NCBI GenBank assembly: GCA_964355955.1
Contig: CAYHFQ010000012.1
Coordinates: forward strand, 1-31,292
From: an uncultured Gammaproteobacteria bacterium
GTDB taxonomy: Bacteria > Patescibacteriota > Patescibacteriia > UBA9934
DNA length: 31,292 nt
Direction of reading: 5' to 3'
In this document: positions 1 through 8,419 of the stretch, one piece after another
Position numbering within the stretch: the stretch's first letter is position 1
How the letters are laid out: each line of letters starts with the position of its first letter
Program-made: the position numbers and the translations under genes
The notes under the pieces: model-generated
What the model was told of the DNA's origin: nothing
The model's database searches: none
What the model saw: the letters and a program-made list of their open reading frames with translations, nothing else

Positions 1-439
1 CAAGCTCGCCAATGTGCAACCATTTTGTGCCAGGTAACTTGGCTGGTAGTTTGATGTCGACTGGTTGGTGGACGACGAGTTGGGTACTTTCGCTATGAAA
101 GTTGAGGACGGCGGAAAAACTGGACTGTTTGTTGGGGGTGGAGGTAATGAGGGAGGTGTCGACTTTTTGAGCTTTGAGCCAATGCATGGCTACAGTGTGG
201 GTGACATCGCGACCCATAACGGAGAGAACGGCGGTTTTCTTTTTCATTTTGGCAATGCCGACGGCGACGTTCGGGGCACTACCGGCAATTTGCGAGAGGG
301 TGGAGACGACCTCTATTTTATTGCCGTAATCCACGCAGAGTTTGCAGCCTTGCTGTTCCAGGGTGCATTCAATGCTGGCGCGGGGCAAGGTGATGAAGGT
401 GTCGAGCTTGATGTCGCCAATCGTTAGGACGTCGATCAT
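1..439 (-). CDS. PfkB-family (ribokinase-like) carbohydrate kinase, N-terminal part; 3' end lies beyond the window
   Basis: Not in the ORF track because there is no stop inside the window. My translation from ATG 439 reads MIDVLTIGDIKLDTFITLPRASIECT...QIAGSAPNVAVGIAKMKKK... The N-terminal DvltIGd strand and the xGSxxNVAVGxA glycine motif are PfkB hallmarks. The + ORF 65..427 is its G/D-rich antisense shadow. Confidence 0.6.
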   Translation of the reverse strand, partial: MIDVLTIGDIKLDTFITLPRASIECTLEQQGCKLCVDYGNKIEVVSTLSQIAGSAPNVAVGIAKMKKKTAVLSVMGRDVTHTVAMHWLKAQKVDTSLITSTPNKQSSFSAVLNFHSESTQLVVHQPVDIKLPAKLPGTKWLHIGEL

Positions 440-447
440 ATGGCTAC

Positions 448-456
448 ATTCTATCA
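448..456 (-). promoter_or_regulatory. extended -10 box TGaTAGAAT, 8 nt upstream of the pfkB-like ATG (leaderless-type arrangement)
   Basis: Minus strand reads ggTGaTAGAATgtagccatATG. The same TGaTAGAAT box precedes the transketolase gene. Confidence 0.45.
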
Positions 457-505
457 CCTTTTCGGGGAATGGAAGGGGAGAAAGGACAACATATACACAG
501 CATTC

Positions 506-692
506 GTCTTTGCGAGCGTCAGCGAAGCAATCTAGGCTTTGTCGCTCGCAACTGTCGTATCTCCTGTTCCTAGCTGCACCTCGTCAACCGTGCCAGCCGG
601 CTCACCTCGTCTGACTCGGGGGCTGGCACAGGGCCGAGGCTGGCGTCGTCACAAGAGACACGGCAGTCGCTCGCTCTTAAAAGGCTCTGGCT
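506..692. repeat. palindromic intergenic repeat family, copy 1
   Basis: Shares the core cctagctgcacctcgtcaaccgtgccagcYggctcacctcgtctgactcgggRgctggcacagggccgaggctggcgtcgtca with 15462-15615 and 22441-22630. It contains a GTGCCAGCC/GGCTGGCAC stem plus outer complementary arms. Confidence 0.8.
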
Positions 693-720
693 GCGGATGA
701 AGTAATCTACCGACTACCAA

Positions 721-1290
721 CTACAATCTACCAACTTTATTATTACTAAACTGATCGCCGCGGTAAATGTACACAGGGAGGAGATTAGGGCCGGAGATGA
801 CCTGGATGGGGGTGATATTGGGGAGGGGCCAGGCTTCCAGGACGACGGTGGCGTGAGGGGGGAGGCTGGCGAGTTTGGCGATGAGGCGGGGGTAGATGCG
901 GCGCATGAGAAAGATGAGGACAACGTCGGCTTGGGAAATATCTGCGTGCCAGAGGTTGCCGAAACGCAGACTAACGTGCGAGAATTTTTTAAACGATAAA
1001 AGTTTGCGGAGTTGGCCGATGATAAGGGGGAAGAGAGAGATGTCGTAGCCGATGGCTTCGGCAGTTTGGTATTGCCTCGCAAACGTAAACAACCAGGACC
1101 CATCTCCACAACCCAGGTCCACAATAGTAAAGCCCCCTCCAACTCCCCCATAGCTGGGGGAGAGTTTCAGGTTATCGAGGACGAGTTGGCGCTGGGCTGA
1201 TTTGGTGGGAACCCAAGGAGCGGCAGAATAGCCAGCGTAGGCAGCGCTGATGACGATAGCTAGAACAATGAGGAAAATGAAGGGGCTCAT
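721..1290 (-). CDS. class I SAM-dependent methyltransferase with N-terminal membrane anchor
   Basis: 189-aa ORF with hydrophobic N-terminus MSPFIFLIVLAIVISAAYA and SAM motif I IVDLGCGDGSW. The overlapping ORF 714..1151 is an off-frame shadow. Confidence 0.7.
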   Translation of the reverse strand: MSPFIFLIVLAIVISAAYAGYSAAPWVPTKSAQRQLVLDNLKLSPSYGGVGGGFTIVDLGCGDGSWLFTFARQYQTAEAIGYDISLFPLIIGQLRKLLSFKKFSHVSLRFGNLWHADISQADVVLIFLMRRIYPRLIAKLASLPPHATVVLEAWPLPNITPIQVISGPNLLPVYIYRGDQFSNNKVGRL

Positions 1291-1294
1291 GCTG

Positions 1295-2011
1295 TTATTC
1301 AGCGGGAGTATGGTTGAGAGTAGTGAGAAGCGTAGTTTCTTCTTCGGGCGTCAGTAAGCGCCATTTACCTGGCGGGATGTCGTCCAAACGGATGTTCATG
1401 ACGCGAATGCGCTTGAGGGAAATGACGGTGCGGTGCAGAGCCTCACACATTTTACGGATTTGGCGATTGCGGCCTTCCACGAGAGTGATAGCGAACATTT
1501 GAGGGCCCATTTTGACGGCTTTGCAGGGGAGGGTTTTGTAGCCGTCGATCATGACGCCTTCGCGCAGTGCAGTAATGAAATCATCGGTAACGTCTTCCTG
1601 AATGCGGACGATGTATTCCTTTTGGTTTTTGCCTTCAGCGCGCAGGATTTTGTTGACAATAGCGCCGTCGTTAGTGAGGAGGATGAGGCCAGAGGAGGCA
1701 ACGTCCAAGCGACCAATGTGAAAAATGCGTTCTGGATAATTTATGGTTTCAATGATGTTGTCCTTGGCTAACGGGTCGCTAGTGCAAATAATGCCGACCG
1801 GCTTATGGTAGGCTAAATAGATCCGTTTGCTACGGTTTTGGCCGACGACATTACCATCAAAGGTGATGGTTTCGCTGCCGTCGACTTTGACGCCGAGCTC
1901 TGGCTTGAGGCCGTTAACGGTGACTCGACCCTCGGTAATGGCCCGGTCCGCGGCGCGACGTGAACACACGCCTTGGTCGACTAGGAATTTGTTTAAACGC
2001 ATGAGTTCCAT
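1295..2011 (-). CDS. pseudouridine synthase, RsuA/RluB family, with N-terminal S4 domain
   Basis: S4-like RLNKFLVDQGVCSRRAADRAI and catalytic motif HIGRLDVASSGLILLTNDG. I chose the first ATG (MELMRLNKF); the track start at 2020 is TTG. Confidence 0.85.
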   Translation of the reverse strand: MELMRLNKFLVDQGVCSRRAADRAITEGRVTVNGLKPELGVKVDGSETITFDGNVVGQNRSKRIYLAYHKPVGIICTSDPLAKDNIIETINYPERIFHIGRLDVASSGLILLTNDGAIVNKILRAEGKNQKEYIVRIQEDVTDDFITALREGVMIDGYKTLPCKAVKMGPQMFAITLVEGRNRQIRKMCEALHRTVISLKRIRVMNIRLDDIPPGKWRLLTPEEETTLLTTLNHTPAE

Positions 2012-2183
2012 ATTGGGCAAAACTAGTTTATTTGGCCTATTTTAGGCTTGTCGCGGCGTCGACTTCCTCATCTTAGAATCAACTAAGCCTCAGAAGCTCT
2101 CCTTGCTCCGCACCTAAACTAGTCTCAAATAAACTAGTTTTAATAATTATGAAAATGATAGCAAAAGTTGAGGAAAATGTACA

Positions 2184-2192
2184 TGGTATACT
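2184..2192 (+). promoter_or_regulatory. extended -10 box TGgTATACT upstream of the 405-aa gene
   Basis: catGGTATACT reads TG-g-TATACT, 21 nt before ATG 2214. Confidence 0.4.
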
Positions 2193-2213
2193 GTAGGAAA
2201 CGTAATTCTTGGA

Positions 2214-3431
2214 ATGGATTTTATGCGTGGTCGAGAATTTTCGGGGTATAAGATACCAGAGCATCTGGTTAGACCGTCAAAGGTAGAGATAGATACCGCT
2301 GGGACTGATTTGGCGAATTTGGAAGTTTTAAAGCAACGAGCATTGGTTTCCGAGCCGATTGGGGCAGAAACCTGGGGTTTGGTACTGCCAAAAGGGAAGA
2401 CTTATACGACTGGAGCCGGTTTGGATAATATGTTGTTTGTGGCGCGGGCGCATGAAAGATTGATTGATGTGGCGCAATTAAATACTCAGCAATTGCAGCG
2501 ATTGCTGGAGATGGCCGAGCAGTTACAGCAGGTTTATAAGCAACAAGAAGACCCTAATAATCCGTTAATTTTGCAAACGGTGGCGTTGAATTATCACGCT
2601 AATCCAGTAGCGAGAGATGTTTTTAAGAAAAAGCTAGCGGCCCAAACTTTAAAAGATTTACACTTTCATGTTGTTGGGTTTAGGGCGAGTGATGTGGAAG
2701 GTGAGAAAAAGTTAGAGCGAGAGCAGGTGACTAAGCAAGATTGGCGTGATATTCACGACCCGTTTTTGAAGGTGACAGAAAGATTATGGGCTCAGCCAGC
2801 GGTGCGTGCTAGTCTCATGGAGAACTTACAGATTCTGCGACCGGTAGAACAGGCTGATTTAGCTGGAGTTAATTTTTCTGTGCTACCCGATGAAATAACT
2901 TCACCTGAGTTAGCTAATGACTTGCAGACACTGCATAATAATTATTTGGCCGTATACAAACGAATAGCTGGATTGTTTGTGGATTTGACTAAACAGGATG
3001 CGACTGGGATGCCGCAGCTTTTAGCTGAAGACCAGCGAGTTGAAGCGATTGAGCGGTTTAGGCAAGAATTATTGGCAGAAGCACCAGACGAGGCTTCGAT
3101 TCAGATTTTGTTTAAATGGTTATTGCGGATGAGTAAGATATTAGTTTCGGGTGAGAAGATACGTGATAGCGTGCAGGCAGCAAAGGATAAAACTGTATTT
3201 ATTCGGGACCCGGCTTACACTATGTCGTTAACGCGAGAGTTGGGGAGTGATCAGGTGCTAGTAAATTTAGCACCACGTATATTGTCGACGGGAAACTTTT
3301 TAGCGGCCCTTGGTTTGCATCGAGTGATGGGCGGGGAGGTGACGGCTGAGTGGTTGGCAGAGAGGGAGAAGAATGAGCAGGCGATTGTGAGTCATTTTGC
3401 GGATGAGCGAAGGGAGCTGGCGGCGAAATAG
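2214..3431 (+). CDS. hypothetical protein (405 aa), family not recognised
   Basis: Long ORF with normal composition, followed by an intrinsic terminator. The only motif I noticed is LHFHVVG, a weak HIT-like His-x-His pattern, which is not sufficient for a call. Confidence 0.6.
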   Translation: MDFMRGREFSGYKIPEHLVRPSKVEIDTAGTDLANLEVLKQRALVSEPIGAETWGLVLPKGKTYTTGAGLDNMLFVARAHERLIDVAQLNTQQLQRLLEMAEQLQQVYKQQEDPNNPLILQTVALNYHANPVARDVFKKKLAAQTLKDLHFHVVGFRASDVEGEKKLEREQVTKQDWRDIHDPFLKVTERLWAQPAVRASLMENLQILRPVEQADLAGVNFSVLPDEITSPELANDLQTLHNNYLAVYKRIAGLFVDLTKQDATGMPQLLAEDQRVEAIERFRQELLAEAPDEASIQILFKWLLRMSKILVSGEKIRDSVQAAKDKTVFIRDPAYTMSLTRELGSDQVLVNLAPRILSTGNFLAALGLHRVMGGEVTAEWLAEREKNEQAIVSHFADERRELAAK

Positions 3432-3448
3432 AAGTTTGGTAAAAATAA

Positions 3449-3484
3449 CAAACCCGGCTGCGAGAACAGTCGGGTTTATTTACT
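3449..3484 (+). terminator. bidirectional rho-independent terminator; left border of island 1
   Basis: aacccggctg-cgagaa-cagtcgggtt stem (one G.T pair). It is followed by tttattt on + and preceded by aaaaataaca, which gives a T-run on the minus strand. Confidence 0.7.
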
Positions 3485-3540
3485 ATCATGAGCTTGGTAG
3501 GCAGAGGAGAGAGTCAACCGAGTACCTGGCTGATGATAGG

Positions 3541-3681
3541 AGTTTTGAGCTTTTGAGGGCTCGAGACTCTCGAACGGCGTAATGGGGGATTACGAAGTTG
3601 GAGAGTCCCCGCAAGCTAGCTGTTGTGCACAGAAAGTTGCGGGACGTTGGTGTGTCCCCCGGAGCAAGCTCGACGGGGGAC
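3541..3681 (-). repeat. island-1 intergenic hairpin module, copy 1 (downstream of the 168-aa gene)
   Basis: Minus strand carries GTCCCCCG..CGGGGGAC, then GTCCCGCAA-N22-TTGCGGGGAC, then GACTCTC-N29-GAGAGTC, then CCCTCAAAAGCTCAAAACTCC. Confidence 0.6.
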
Positions 3682-3693
3682 TGGTGGTGGTTT

Positions 3694-4200
3694 CTACCCG
3701 AGGATCGGGTAGGGGTCGGCCGGGTCGTCCCAGGCAAAAACGGGGATGCCGTTTCGCCTGGAGGAGGCGTTCTTGCCGAGGCGCATGAGTTGCACCCCGG
3801 AAAGGGTGAACCTGAGCTTGTGCTCCGTCCCTCCTCCGCCGTAGCCACCACTGCCCGGGGTGGGGTGGGACTCGAAGGTCCAGTCGATCGGCCCGGCGAA
3901 CCGGGCGACTTCCTGGATCCATTCTGCCGCGGCTTCCTCCGAGTGGAGCTTGACGCTCCCCTTGAGGTGGGCGATGCTCACCTGCTGGCCGTAGTGGCCA
4001 CGGGAGGTGACAATCTTGAGCGCGAAGTGCGCTCTAGGAAAGTGGACTTTGGCCTTCCCAGGCAGGCCCTCTTCATCGTCCCCGACGACGTCGGGGACCT
4101 CGATGCTCATGGGAGCACCGAGGTTTTTGTTGAGGAGCTGCGAGAGCTCCCCGACCAGGAAACGGGCGATGAAGGGGAGGTGGATGCGGATGGAAGCCAT
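3694..4200 (-). CDS. hypothetical protein (168 aa), island-1 orphan
   Basis: ATG 4200 has GAAGGAG 6 nt upstream. Third codon positions are almost all G/C. The + ORF 3598..4272 is a shadow. No family recognised. Confidence 0.65.
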   Translation of the reverse strand: MASIRIHLPFIARFLVGELSQLLNKNLGAPMSIEVPDVVGDDEEGLPGKAKVHFPRAHFALKIVTSRGHYGQQVSIAHLKGSVKLHSEEAAAEWIQEVARFAGPIDWTFESHPTPGSGGYGGGGTEHKLRFTLSGVQLMRLGKNASSRRNGIPVFAWDDPADPYPILG

Positions 4201-4317
4201 GATTGCTCCTTCGTGCATTTATGCACAGTGAGCGGCGCCGGGAGTGTTCCCGGTTCATGTATGCCGACCTGAGTAAATTAAACTCAGGATTTCGCGCTTT
4301 TGACGGGATGTCTAAGT

Positions 4318-4397
4318 GCTTTCGAAAACCACAATTAAATAATTATGGGTTTTGAGAGTCCCCGCAAGCTAGCTGTGTGCCAGAAAGTTTGCGGGAC
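4318..4397 (-). repeat. island-1 intergenic hairpin module, copy 2
   Basis: Minus strand carries GTCCCGCAAA-N21-TTGCGGGGAC, then TCTCAAAACC..GGTTTTCGA. The stem is near-identical to copy 1. Confidence 0.6.
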
Positions 4398-4503
4398 GTG
4401 TCCACCGGAGCTGTGCAGCTCGGATGGTTGGATTTGCTGGACGATGCCCGCCAGCGACGGAGTAGACTATGACTGGTCTACCAGCAGTGTTTGGTTGTCG
4501 GGG

Positions 4504-6528
4504 CTAGCGGCGACCGAACTTGCCGAGGAGCAGGGCACGCTCCTCAGCGGACATGGCCCGAGGGGCGGGCTTCTCGGCCGGGGTGGCGGGGGTGGCTTTT
4601 GGCGCGACCGGCTTGCCGAGATTCCAGCCGTTGCCGACGGGGGGTGAGACGGTTCTGCCGGACATGCCGGTTTGACCGTCCCACTCCTTGGCGAGGTTCT
4701 GCTCGAGGTTGGCAACGGTTGCCCGTTGTGCCTCGGTCAGTCCCGCCAGGGGGAGCTTGACCACCTCGAAGCGGTGGTCCGCGGCGCGGTAGTTCTTGAA
4801 CCACCGCAGTGCCAACTCGCCGGCCTCGACTTGGTGCCAGGTGCGACCCTGGTCACCGTCGCGGAGCGAGCCGTCGGGGCGGACAACCCAGGCTTCAACG
4901 AACTTGTCGTCGGTCCTGTACCAGTTGCCGCCGGTGACCTTGAAGTTGGAAAGCGTTCCCGCCTTCGCTTCCTGGGCTCGCTCGGCTGCGACTCGCGCCT
5001 CTTCGGCAGCGACTCGTTCGGCCTCAACCCTGTTGGCTTCGCGTTGGGCCAATTCCTTTGCTTCGCGCTGGGCTTTGAGGGCTTCGAGGTCTGGCTTGAC
5101 CACCGTCTTCCAGTTCTCCAGTTTGACCCAGAGGCCGGAGACAGTTGTCTCGGTCGGCTCAGACTTACCCTCCCACTGGAGGTTGAGCGTCACGCCGTCC
5201 TTGCGGATGGCGAGCAACTCTCCCTCGTGGGTCTGCTCGAGGCTCATCCGCCCATCGTTCCGGAAGAACTGATGGACGGTGACGACCCGGCCGATCCACT
5301 CTGCGGGGATGGCGGCAAAGGGTGCCTGGCCCTTGGCAAGGTATGCCGCGGGATTGGCCGCGGCGTCCCGAGCTTGCCAAAGCTCGGTGGGCTCCGTGGA
5401 AAGGGTGCCACCCTCCCCACAGGAAATTGCCCAGCCCGGATTCCTGTAGGAACCGACGTTCAGGCTTTCACCTGCACGCAGTACCCACAACTCATCCGGA
5501 GTGGACTCGGCATGCCCCGCGGTGCCACCCGCGAAGTTGCCGGCGGCGAGACACGTCGGGTTGCCCCGAAGTATCTCGACCGATCGTGCGACCCGGTTGG
5601 TCAGGGGCGGAGCGATGCGAATGAGCACCGCGCCCGCCTCGATCTGCCCGCTCTGGGTGAGCCCGTAGATGACTTTCGTCTTTTTGGGTTCCCACGAGGG
5701 GGCTGCGACGGCCTGCTCCGAGAGCTTGGCAATCGCGACCGCCTCGAGCCGCTCACCGGGGGTGAACCCGATGATGGCGACCTGGGCCAGGACGCGACCG
5801 CGACCGGTCTCACCGAGCACGACTGCTGGGCCGGTGACGCCAGTCTTCACGCTGATGCCGGGGCGGATTTCGCCGCGTCCGACATAAGTGAAGGTCGACA
5901 TCGACCCGAAGGCCAGGTCGAGCGCTTGGCCTGTGGTTTCGGTCTCGGCAATCACTGCCTCGACCTGGGCCACGGCCACGAGCTGCTCGTAGTCCGCCCA
6001 GGGGCTGGTCTTGACGACCCCGGCTTCATCCACCCAGAGGGCGAAGGAGCTGGTGCCGTTGACCTCGCGGCTGGGGCGAACCTTCAAGACGTCGCCGGGG
6101 CGCATCTTGATGATGCCGTCGTTCCAGCTCCCGATGCGCCCGGCATCGCCGAATGCACCGAAACCGGAGATGAGGGTCTCCGGTGCGCCGGCCACGATGG
6201 ACCAGACGCCGCTTCCGCCGCGGATGTAGCTGGTGTAGGTGTTTACCCTCACCAAGCAGTCCCAGCCGCCGCCGGTGGTGGGGCGCTCCAGGACGTAAAA
6301 CGTCTTGGCGGGCTTGCCGCCGGACGCGGGGAGAGAAACCTTGCGAGGCATCGCCTCCAGGATCTTTCCGTCGACAATGTCGGCAGGGACTCGACGATCG
6401 AGCCCCACCTTTTCATATTGCCTCCCGCGACCTTCTTCGCCCAAGTAGATGACGGCGCCGAGGCGCTCGTCGGACTTGGTGGAAATCCCGGAGGAGAGGC
6501 GGCCTGCGGCCCAGGTGTAGGTTCTCAT
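4504..6528 (-). CDS. hypothetical protein (674 aa) with central Ala/Glu/Arg coiled coil, island-1 orphan
   Basis: ATG 6528 has AGGAG 7 nt upstream and GC3 is very high. The layout is a beta-rich N-terminal ~470 aa, a heptad-like KAQREAKELAQREANRVEAERVAAEEARVAAERAQEAK segment, a C-terminal ~150 aa, and a Pro/Lys/Ala tail. The 654-aa + ORF 4672..6636 is a shadow. Confidence 0.75.
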   Translation of the reverse strand: MRTYTWAAGRLSSGISTKSDERLGAVIYLGEEGRGRQYEKVGLDRRVPADIVDGKILEAMPRKVSLPASGGKPAKTFYVLERPTTGGGWDCLVRVNTYTSYIRGGSGVWSIVAGAPETLISGFGAFGDAGRIGSWNDGIIKMRPGDVLKVRPSREVNGTSSFALWVDEAGVVKTSPWADYEQLVAVAQVEAVIAETETTGQALDLAFGSMSTFTYVGRGEIRPGISVKTGVTGPAVVLGETGRGRVLAQVAIIGFTPGERLEAVAIAKLSEQAVAAPSWEPKKTKVIYGLTQSGQIEAGAVLIRIAPPLTNRVARSVEILRGNPTCLAAGNFAGGTAGHAESTPDELWVLRAGESLNVGSYRNPGWAISCGEGGTLSTEPTELWQARDAAANPAAYLAKGQAPFAAIPAEWIGRVVTVHQFFRNDGRMSLEQTHEGELLAIRKDGVTLNLQWEGKSEPTETTVSGLWVKLENWKTVVKPDLEALKAQREAKELAQREANRVEAERVAAEEARVAAERAQEAKAGTLSNFKVTGGNWYRTDDKFVEAWVVRPDGSLRDGDQGRTWHQVEAGELALRWFKNYRAADHRFEVVKLPLAGLTEAQRATVANLEQNLAKEWDGQTGMSGRTVSPPVGNGWNLGKPVAPKATPATPAEKPAPRAMSAEERALLLGKFGRR

Positions 6529-6604
6529 GATGAACTCCTAGCTCGTAGATCGAGCTGGTGTGAGGCTAGGCCTCGTGGTGAGCGTCGACGCAGGATGCGA
6601 AGAA

Positions 6605-6680
6605 CGACCCTCGAAGTTCACGAGATGAACTCATGAGTTTTGAGAGTCTCCGCAACCAGCTAGTGCTAGTGGTTGCGGGA
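6605..6680 (-). repeat. island-1 intergenic hairpin module, copy 3
   Basis: Minus strand carries CCGCAACCACTAG-ca-CTAGCTGGTTGCGG (13-bp stem), then GAGACTCTCAAAACTCATGAGTTCATCTCGTGAACTTCGAGGGTCGTTC. Confidence 0.6.
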
Positions 6681-6726
6681 TGGTGCATCTGCTCATAACC
6701 CCGAGCGGACGGAGGGGCGAATTTAC

Positions 6727-7068
6727 CTAACGAACCTCCTTGTAGGAGATCGACCAGCTAGAGCGGCTGGTGGTGGACTTCCTGATCTCGGCGGTGCCGA
6801 GCAGGATGAACTTTTCGGTCTGGCCTGTGGGCCAGTAACCGTACTCAAGATTCTCCTCGGCCGCGAAGCCGAAAGACGGATCTTTTTCGGCCAGCCTTAT
6901 GAGCGGGCCGACGAGGTCGATGGTCACGACTAGCCTGGCAATGCCGGGGAGGTCGCAACCGTCGAGGGTCTCGAATACAAATGGCGCCAAAGGCGCCGTT
7001 TGTTTGTCGTAGTTACATCGGCGAATGCCGACGTCGTGTTTCCGTTGTCGTAATTTTTCGCAAGCCAT
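6727..7068 (-). CDS. hypothetical protein (113 aa), island-1 orphan
   Basis: Internal ATG 7068 has AGGAG 7 nt upstream. The track start 7161 is a GTG inside the conserved hairpin. GC3 is high. No family recognised. Confidence 0.55.
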   Translation of the reverse strand: MACEKLRQRKHDVGIRRCNYDKQTAPLAPFVFETLDGCDLPGIARLVVTIDLVGPLIRLAEKDPSFGFAAEENLEYGYWPTGQTEKFILLGTAEIRKSTTSRSSWSISYKEVR

Positions 7069-7126
7069 AGTGGCTCCTGGGCTGAGGTTAGATTGTCCCT
7101 CTAACTTCTCCAGTAATAACGACTGA

Positions 7127-7305
7127 AGAGTTCGGAGGGATCGGGAAACTTGGTGGTGCACACCAGAGGTTTCCCGGGAGAGGGTGAGTGAAGTCAGCCA
7201 GTGACTCCGTGCCGTTCTGTCTAGCTCAGAAGACGTTGGCTAGAAGACCCGCGTGGCCTTTGGCGACTATTTATGTAAGCGCTGTCGTCGGCGCTGTGAA
7301 CCTTG
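7127..7305 (-). repeat. duplicated leader block, copy A (hairpin module copy 4 plus 113-nt conserved block 7193-7305)
   Basis: Hairpin TCGGGAAAC..GTTTCCCGG lies at 7141-7177. The block 7193-7305 matches 8501-8613 at 109/113 positions (my count; all four differences are transitions). Confidence 0.85.
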
Positions 7306-7689
7306 CCGATAGTTGACTCCGTAAGGTTGGGGTGGAAAAGCTGAAGGACGTCAGCTAACGCGATGAAGCAGTCATCTCTGGTCTCGCTGGTATCGAAACG
7401 GTGTAGCACCAGTGACCGTTGGGCCTTAACTACTTTTTATACCGCGCCGTAGTCAGCGCTTGGGTGTCGACGATTGCGACCTCCTTTGGGTTGGGGTTTT
7501 GGTATTGAGAATCAGGAAGATCCTCGATTGACGACTCGAATGTTCTCGGAATAGAGATTCAAGTGGTCGATAGAAGACCCCACCAACGCGATGTGCGTCG
7601 AGCTGGTGGGAAATTCGTGCTGTGACTTTGTTGTGGTTGGGGTGTGATGAACTTGAATAGGAGTCGTCACGTCTCCTGGGAGGCTGCGC

Positions 7690-8289
7690 CTACTGCGCGG
7701 TGGCCTCCTGGAGGGAGGCGAGCTCGGCCGTGAGCCGGGTCACCTCCTTCTTCGCGGAGAAGCCGCTGTACCCCTTTCCGCCCGTGAGGACGAGCTTGCG
7801 CTCGGCCTCGACCAGTGCGGACTTGGCTGCCGCGATCTTGCCGGCTGCCTGGTTCCTCGCGGCCAGTTTTTCGGCAGCGGCGAGGGCCGCCTCCTTCTCG
7901 TCGCGGCGGGCGACCGCGACCTTATGGTCGGCGCGGGCGGCCGTGAGGGCCGCTCCCACCTTGTCGGCGGGGACGGTGCCCACAGAACGGGGAGTGTTGC
8001 AGCACCGATACCAGCCGAGTTCCGTTTCCGCGTTGCGGAGCTTACGCTCCGCGACCAGAACCTGGGCCTCGGCGGCCGCGACCTGCGCGACCGGGGCCGT
8101 GAGGCGGTCCTCTACCGCCTCCGAAAACTCCACCTCCGCGGCCGTGACGGCCGCCTCGAGGTCGAGGGTCTTGGCCGCCGCCGCCACGCGGCGGTTGATC
8201 TCGGCCTCGAGGACGGCGATTTCGCTGGCGAGCAGGGACAGGAGGGGAGCCGCGACGATGGGGGAGGTGCTGGAGATAGATGCGGTCAT
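7690..8289 (-). CDS. Ala-rich coiled-coil protein (199 aa), island-1 orphan
   Basis: ATG 8289 has AGAGGG 5-6 nt upstream and GC3 is high. Long heptad-like Ala/Glu/Lys/Arg segments are interrupted by GWYRCCNTPRSVGTVPADK. The + ORFs 7700..8305 and 7924..8301 are shadows. Confidence 0.65.
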   Translation of the reverse strand: MTASISSTSPIVAAPLLSLLASEIAVLEAEINRRVAAAAKTLDLEAAVTAAEVEFSEAVEDRLTAPVAQVAAAEAQVLVAERKLRNAETELGWYRCCNTPRSVGTVPADKVGAALTAARADHKVAVARRDEKEAALAAAEKLAARNQAAGKIAAAKSALVEAERKLVLTGGKGYSGFSAKKEVTRLTAELASLQEATAQ

Positions 8290-8419
8290 GGGACCCTCTG
8301 ATTGAACGTTGAATGCAGTTGGACTGACGCTAGACATCGAACCGGCCAAATTGCCGATCACAACATTTTGCGTAAATCGTTCTGCGAACGCCCTCGAACT
8401 TCACGATTGGATCAATCAT

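Noticed and set aside
65-427. 120-aa + ORF at the window start
   Set aside because: The Gly/Asp-rich product is antisense to a clear PfkB-kinase reading frame that runs off the window.
342-614. 90-aa + ORF, and ORFs 22504..22692 (-) and 22524..22814 (+)
   Set aside because: They lie within copies of the palindromic intergenic repeat. Their reading frames are not conserved between copies.
3598-4272. 224-aa + ORF, plus other 60-110-aa ORFs overlapping the 168-aa gene
   Set aside because: The same shadow-ORF logic applies. Only the minus frame starting at 4200 has GC3 saturation and a GAAGGAG SD.
4672-6636. 654-aa ORF on the + strand, nearly as long as the 674-aa minus-strand ORF
   Set aside because: It is a typical high-GC antisense shadow. 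The product is Gly/Leu/Arg/Asp/Pro-rich and low-complexity, and there is no SD. In this region G/C saturation falls on codon position 3 of the minus-strand frame, which also has an AGGAG SD.
6634-6699. Small + strand peptides beginning MSFES/MGFES (also 4345, 8418, 3598), and minus-strand micro-ORFs starting at the CTCATGA motif
   Set aside because: The similarity is confined to the nucleotide motif. Copy A lacks the ATG. The conserved downstream CGTGAAsTTCGAGGG falls in different frames in different copies. Stem changes are compensatory, which argues for RNA or DNA structure rather than coding.
7221-7409. 62-aa and 91-aa (8529..8804) minus-strand ORFs sharing the tail KVHSADDSAYINSRQRPRG.SSQRLLS
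   Set aside because: Both use GTG starts without an SD, and their N-terminal parts are unrelated. Third-position G+C is only about half, unlike genuine island genes. The shared tail simply reflects the duplicated 113-nt block.
7700-8305. 201-aa and 125-aa + ORFs opposite the coiled-coil gene
   Set aside because: Their Ala/Ser/Arg-rich products are mirror images of an Ala/Glu-rich coiled coil. They have no SD. GC3 supports the minus frame.
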